64,000 bases of DNA, taken from Magallana gigas (Eukaryota). Positions 58,501-64,000 of the stretch are shown here, piece by piece. Positions within the stretch are counted from its first letter, which is position 1; every line of letters begins with the position of its first letter. Below the pieces are notes generated by a model that searched no databases, was not told the origin of the DNA, and was given only the letters and a program-made list of their open reading frames with translations. The stretch is taken from the NCBI RefSeq assembly GCF_963853765.1, contig NC_088856.1:32550001-32614000 (forward strand), read 5' to 3'. Position numbers and translations under genes: made by a program.

Positions 58501-60424
58501 GTCAAAGCAACTGATGTCAACAGGGCATCAGACACGGTATGCACAGCAGTTTTACTCAGTTTAAACTGGTCCCCGTTTTGACTTACGGCACTCTCCTGAA
58601 TCCCAATGTTACTCATCAGTCCACAAAAAGAATGTGGTGTGTAATTTGTCTGCCAAATACATAATACATATTACAATTCAAATTGCTATTTACATAGGAT
58701 CATTTGAAAAGCATGATTAAGAAAGATCTTTAAAATGTCAATAAATAATATTGCCCAATTTTCCTAATTTTATCTTAAAAACTTCAGAAGGATCTAATGC
58801 TGTAAATAATGGAAGTAATCACTGAAAAAACTAAAAGAAAACATATGCCATACTGTGATCATGGTAGAGAGACCTGTGTTTTGATTTATTTAAGTTAAAT
58901 AGAAGGTTTGAACATATCACTCACAAAAAGGCAGTGGTTGTTGAAATAAGCATATTAAGAATCATACAATGCAGGAAGGGGAGGGGGGTTATGGTGTACA
59001 AAGATTCGTTTATGGGAGAATTTCGTCTCACGTGGGGGAACATTGGTTGGATGCCGGAGATTTTAGATTTTAAGACATTTTGTGGGAGTCTTCCATGAGA
59101 TGCAGGAGGGTTAACAGGTACACATTTGAAATGTTATAACAAGAACTCATATATATGGTACCAGGAGAACACATATACAAAAGAGTTAACTTGTACCTTG
59201 GAGAATTGGTACCCACATGGTACAAGTTTTCCTGGTTACATCAAGGAAAGGTATAGTATCAAAACCAAGCAAATAGGTAATCATGGGTATACAGATAATA
59301 AGGATACCTACATCTGTCTCACAATTCCGGACTTCTTTCAGAGATTTCCCCACCAGCCATGTGACCTCACTTCCGATACCTTCCAGGAAACACTTATCCT
59401 GTACATCTTCAAATTTCTTCACAATATCTATTACATCATAGAAGCACAGAACTGACCCCAGAGAGGGATCAGCTTCTGAGCCCTGCTCCGTTCTTCCGAA
59501 GGTCACCGCCAGACCTGTAGATGTATCCCTGGCTCCGACTGAGTGATAATACGCCCCGATGGCAATGTTATACACTACTGAATTGGACATACACTGAATG
59601 GGCAGCTCCGTATAGGAAGCATATGTTTGGTCGTCCTGACATATCCGCACTATCTTTGTCATAAATTTGGGAGCAGTTGCTAGAGCATCATCCATTTGCA
59701 CTGAGATGAAATAGGTGTGATTTTCATACTCAAAACCATGAATGTAGTATGCTTTAAATAAGCCGACAAGATCCGGATGTACATCCACATAAGTTTTATA
59801 CATTATATTATTGGTCAAATACTGAAATGATTTGTCCTTAATATGAAATTTACGAGTAGAGATGGCAGCTGGGCGGAATGTGGATGGTCTCCCGTCATCA
59901 CCCATGGCAACATACAGAAGATTGAATCCCTCACTTACAGCTCTACCACCGAAAAATGCAAACACGTGTCTCTTGTTGATGCTGCCTACAAAGTTAATTT
60001 TGTCATTTTTCAATTCTATAACCTGACTGATGTCTGTGGTGGATCGGAATTCACATTTGCCCTGATGGACAGAGCCACACACTAGCATAGAACCACTCTT
60101 TCGATCATACTCCAGTATACAGACTTGATTATCCGTGGGGACCCTCCCCTCTTTACAGATGGTGGTGGGGTCGGGAGAACACTGGGGGCTGTCAGAGTAC
60201 GGACCCATCGACACATGTCCCTGAAGACGGAGTTCTGAATTGAGATGAATGAGGCCGTTCTTGGCTCCCAGAAACACGTCCCCATTATCAGGGTGGACCA
60301 TTATCTCGTACACCAAACCATGGTCTACATGGTAGGAAGAAATCTTTGCTGCAAACACTGAGGAGATCACTGTTTGAAGCAGGAACACTAATCCCCAACA
60401 CAGTTTTATTACTCCCCTCTTCAT
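46532..60424 (-). CDS. MET: MET/RON-family (HGF receptor-like) receptor tyrosine kinase: signal peptide, Sema, PSI, 4 IPT, TM, tyrosine kinase; 19 coding exons, ~1,374 aa
   Basis: Minus-strand exons 60424-59312, 58649-58443, 57755-57630, 55619-55446, 55136-55000, 54668-54542, 54446-54310, 54152-53937, 53845-53749, 53607-53350, 52876-52721, 52592-52307, 52175-52008, 51888-51805, 51699-51515, 49165-49056, 48958-48796, 47108-46972 and 46775-46532 join in phase (4125 nt). Hallmarks are [70 protein letters not shown] and the C-terminal YVNV. The symbol denotes the family; one-to-one orthology with MET versus RON is not established. Confidence 0.92.
47490..48751. mobile_element. Two inverted copies of a ~600-660-bp non-autonomous DNA element forming a ~1.25-kb imperfect palindrome in a MET kinase-domain intron
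   Basis: 47507-47680 is the reverse complement of about 48530-48705, and 47890-48090 is the reverse complement of about 48128-48290. Segment 48088-48128 recurs inverted at about 48713-48751. Confidence 0.75.
49427..50788. mobile_element. TTAA-flanked non-autonomous DNA transposon (Kolobok-like), ~1.36 kb, MET intron
   Basis: TTAA|ggtaaaggtccatac on the left and gtatggataattacc|TTAA on the right. The TIRs are imperfect and begin with purines, and no transposase ORF is present. Confidence 0.5.
50892..51395. mobile_element. Helentron/HINE (pearl-like) non-autonomous element with (GACT)n microsatellite
   Basis: It begins acaagagg, has the block acattgtg..ctaaatacctacaaagtttcatgaaatt, a GACT/GACA microsatellite at about 51305-51350, and ends tatacccg.cacaacttc.ttgcgtggggataa. 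This is the layout of bivalve pearl/HINE elements, assigned by resemblance. Confidence 0.6.
52593..52720 (-). other. Probable GC-AG intron in the MET-like gene
   Basis: The exon ends ...TAT ACA GTA CAG and is followed by GCAAGT, matching the GC-donor consensus AG|GCAAGT. It joins in phase 0 to a strong acceptor (tttttttag|GTC AAA GTG), giving DYTVQ-VKVGQYL. Confidence 0.75.
55812..55995. mobile_element. MITE with ~40-bp TIRs (MET intron)
   Basis: cttcacggtaactgcggtactgctcttttgcagggcaa pairs with ttgccctgcaagagagcagtactgcagttaccgtgaag. Confidence 0.75.
56350..56571. mobile_element. MITE with TACTGTATAC/GTATACAGTA termini
   Basis: 10-bp perfect inverted termini, and a related copy at about 20296-20483. 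Confidence 0.65.
56753..56963. mobile_element. MITE with TACTGTGGTTTCAT/ATGAAACCACAGTA termini
   Basis: 14-bp perfect TIR, extended by aatattc and ccaattttcgtgg/ccacgaaaattg subterminal pairs. Confidence 0.75.
58051..58391. mobile_element. TTAA-flanked MITE (Kolobok-like) carrying a tRNA-like A/B-box segment
   Basis: TTAA|ggtacttcactacacc ... ggtgtagtgaggtacc|TTAA (16-bp TIR, 1 mismatch). Internal tagctcagtgg at 58161 and gttcgaatcc at 58206. Confidence 0.75.
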
Positions 60425-63400
60425 ATTGAGGCCTAATGATGGGCGATTCCCTCACAGACCGCAAGTCACAGAGGAGCGAGGACAACACCGCATTTCCATG
60501 TTGTCAAATAACCAGACAGAGGTTACTAACTGGGTTCAATCATAATCCCAGCTGATTTTGATAATAGCAGCATGTGATCACTTTCTGTCCAGATTTCCTG
60601 AAAAATAGGAAAAATAAAACAATCAAATAAACAATGACCATGTCCATTAGTTGACAATATAGATAAATCAGGATAAGATACATAGGATTTAATTATCCTC
60701 GGATTCTGTTAAACATATCACCTAGAGGTATATACATATACAAGTGCACTAAAGCACAATCCTGATAGCCACTAGCACTTCATTGCCATTATCTCACCGA
60801 TTCTTTTTCACTCTCTGACACATACCAATTAGTACATTAAAAGTTTGATCAATCACTAGAATGGACTGCAATATGTGTCCTGCAACATCGTAAATGACAA
60901 ACAAGCTAGGCCTAGCTAGCTATCACACATACTGTTCATATCTTATCATTTGTTACAAGATCTTTCCCCAACCAAGACACCACTTGAAGTGAAAATTTTT
61001 AAGAAATATATCTGTTACTCAGAGTTTGAGGCATATCTGATCCTCAAGATGTTGAAGCAATACTAGAACTACTGTATTTTCATGATGTCAGTGAGCCATA
61101 TATATCATATATACTTAAAACACTTCAAATAACTCACTTAATTCACACTCCACTTTATCAAATTCCTTTGCAATTCTGGATTCTTTTCTTCAAATTGAGT
61201 GAAAGTCTAAATTCTATTTGCTGTATTTGAAATGTACATTTTATTCTTTCTTTTATAAAATATTATAATTATTCAAATAAAGAACAATACAATGTAATGA
61301 ATAATTAAGAAGTTAAAGATATATACTCCTATATATGGTTAACTCAATTTATACTCACTGAAATAGTCCTGCTAAAATTCCGATTTGGCTGCTGGTCTAG
61401 AAAATTGGCCACACACTGCATTTGATGGGGGCTGCATGCATGAAAAAAATGTTAGGGATAATTTCACAATCAAATCACAGAGCCCATCATTATTTCCTAA
61501 AAATGTCATCGTGTGTAACTTAATATCCAATTTGCATGTAATGAACATCAATTATAGGTTGTTGCATATTAAATCTTTACTCAATAGCAGCTGAACAATC
61601 TACAGTAATTTCTTTTACATATGTACAATTTATACTGAAAAAAATACATGTACAAGCTGATAACATCTTTATAAACAGTTAATTAATTAATACAATTACC
61701 TTTGGATATAAATCACAGAAGTATAAATATAAAACGATGTTTATTTTGTCGCACAACCTTTAATTGTGTATGTTATGTGTGTGTGGGTTTTTTTTTCTGT
61801 GTTCTGTAACGATCGATTTCCAAACATTTTACCTACTTCTACCTGACCCCGCCCATGTATGTATACATATATATAACTTTATGTCAAGATGGGGACACCT
61901 GTATACTGCAAAGACATTTTGACATTTTATTTATTTAAATTGCTCTACTATATAGCCAGTGAAGGTTATTGCTTTGCTCGACAAAACGCAAGCAATAGAA
62001 AACAATTCATCACAGATGGCATGAGTAATACCAAACACTCTAAACTACCGGAAGCTCGCTAAATGTCTGTTTCTGTTGCAGAATTCTTATCTGCTGAAGT
62101 GTCCGACATCAAATCGGTAAATGTAATTCCTAAATATTTTTGTGTCTGAATACTTACTATCAGTGATTTCCATGTTTCCTCATTATAACTGATAATCTAC
62201 CTGTGCATATTACTTTCATTTTCACCTGTACAATGCCGGAAGCGTACACAACACAGGTAAATGATTTTGCGTTGGCGGATCTCGGATCTTATCTGTCGCA
62301 TGGGTAGTTCAGAATGGTTTACTAGTTCTTGAATGCTGAATGGATTACAATCACTGAAATCAAGCGCACAGCTGTCACTTATTTGACTTTCAATCATTAA
62401 TTCACAAACAACAAGCCAACCAATTAAATAAAAGGTCTCACGGTCACAACCCCCCCCCCCCCCCCCCCGTTGCAAGCCACGGAATATGAAGACAAAGCCT
62501 GTGGCTTGCGACGATGCTCCCACTCCAATCTTTAACAAAGGTGTATATAGGGAACTAGCGATATGAATTTTATATGGCATTAGTTCTAACCACTTGTACA
62601 TTGTATTTCGGATTAAAATCAAAAAGACTTTCAAAGCAATTTTAAAAACGCATTTGCCTCTTCTATTCTAATTTATTACTCATCAATAAAAGAAAAAAAG
62701 TCGATCGACCTACATGTAGCTTCTATTCAGAGAATGATGTTGCAAGTTGCAGTTACTACAAAGACATGTTATAGTACTCTTGATGGTCAAAATCAGATCT
62801 AACTTAGATTTTCAAACATGATATCTGTGTGTTACATTAAAGTTTTAAAATTCAGAGAGTTTAAAACTATCTATATAACAAAAGAAATATGACCATAAAC
62901 TATTTTTATACACATATTTTTCTGCATTTTAATTCGGAGTAGATGAATACGTATTTTACAGATTTTCAGACTTGAATCAGATCTCTCATTCTCTCATAGT
63001 AGACTCTTTCTAAAAATAAGGTTAATCAGGAGTCATTGTAAACAAATATAATTTATTCACCCTTCTGAATTTGAACAAATTAAAGCCTCGGCTTTAAGCA
63101 AAGTTAACCCCCTTTTTATTTGTTTCTGCAACACTCCGTCCAACTATTGTAACCATCTAACCAGTGGTCGATGTAAGACAAACTTGTTTGAAGATATCGA
63201 GGTTTTCGCGGTTTTATTTATTATAATACATGTACTAAATCGCACACAAAGGATCCAATCGTTTCCGTTGACGCCTAAATAATGGGCAGTCACTGGAAAT
63301 CTTACCTGTTCTTGTCCATTCAGGATTTTTTTCGGGGGGGGGGGGGGGGATATATAGCATTTTAAGTAAACGTTTTGTATGAATTTGATTTGAAGTTAAA

Positions 63401-64000
63401 ATGAAGACTATCAAGTATTGCAGTTTCCTTACGCGGATTTCAGAATACGTATCTAAAAGAAAGAAGTTTAAAAACGGTTTTTATATATGCAAATACTATA
63501 TTTAAACAATAAAATGATTTCTTTGATGATTCATTCGGGATATGAAAGGCGTGTCAATTTCAGTCTTGTCAGTTTCAGTCGCTGTAGTTTTCTACCAATC
63601 GATAAACGGGGCGTGTAGATTTCAGTCTGGCTGTTTCTATAGAGCTACAAATTAACTTAAAGTTTCCGTAATAAATAGAGGGAGTAATACTTGGTAGATG
63701 TAAATATAATGTAGTAAAATGTGATATGTAGGAGAGGGAGTCTGGAAGAATTATGTTCATGCATCAAACACAGATGATAGGACGATACGCGTGGAATATG
63801 GTTCTGAATTTTAAAATAAAACAGATATATTTTGTTCGCAAATGATCGATGTAGAACAAGTACTAATTAACGTTCAGTGATTAGCAGGAACACCATACAT
63901 GGTCTGTCCTTTTGTCTGAAAATGAGCAATTCGGTCTATGCCCCGAAAAATACAGTAATGCGTTGAATCCAAACACAGAACCTCTCTTCCTCCACTCCCT

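Noticed and set aside
59296-59307. Second GTATCCTTAT (U12-like donor) on the minus strand just inside the first MET coding intron
   Set aside because: The reading frame requires the phase-0 GTAGGT donor 4 nt upstream ([14 protein letters not shown]), and the acceptor at 58650 has no U12 branch site.
61385-64000. Short ORFs and possible plus-strand exons upstream of the MET-like gene
   Set aside because: There is no recognisable protein or consistent exon chain. The region probably holds MET 5' UTR exons or promoter that cannot be placed from sequence alone.

Overview
This is AT-rich eukaryotic, intron-rich DNA from an invertebrate. A bivalve or oyster-like mollusc is inferred from the repeat families but not proven. 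Four spliced protein-coding genes were reconstructed by hand with phase-consistent exons. (1) NEDD1, + strand, 780-8723, about 660 aa; its first coding intron looks U12-type. (2) EDEM1, + strand, 10887-15589, about 567 aa, with a UPRE/CCAAT composite upstream. (3) A large uncharacterised secreted protein, + strand, 23286-41561, about 1,830 aa: signal peptide, EGF-like, cadherin-like, a KR site, seven ~165-aa tandem repeats, an Ig-like module, an F5/8C (discoidin) domain and an Asp-box tail ending in CC. (4) A MET/RON-family receptor tyrosine kinase, - strand, 60424-46532, about 1,374 aa, with one probable GC-AG intron. Introns and intergenic DNA hold many MITEs, TTAA-flanked non-autonomous elements (one carrying a tRNA-like A/B box), Helentron-like elements, a 1.25-kb intronic palindrome and a 21/42-bp satellite. 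Most short ORFs in the supplied track are read-throughs of exons or spurious.
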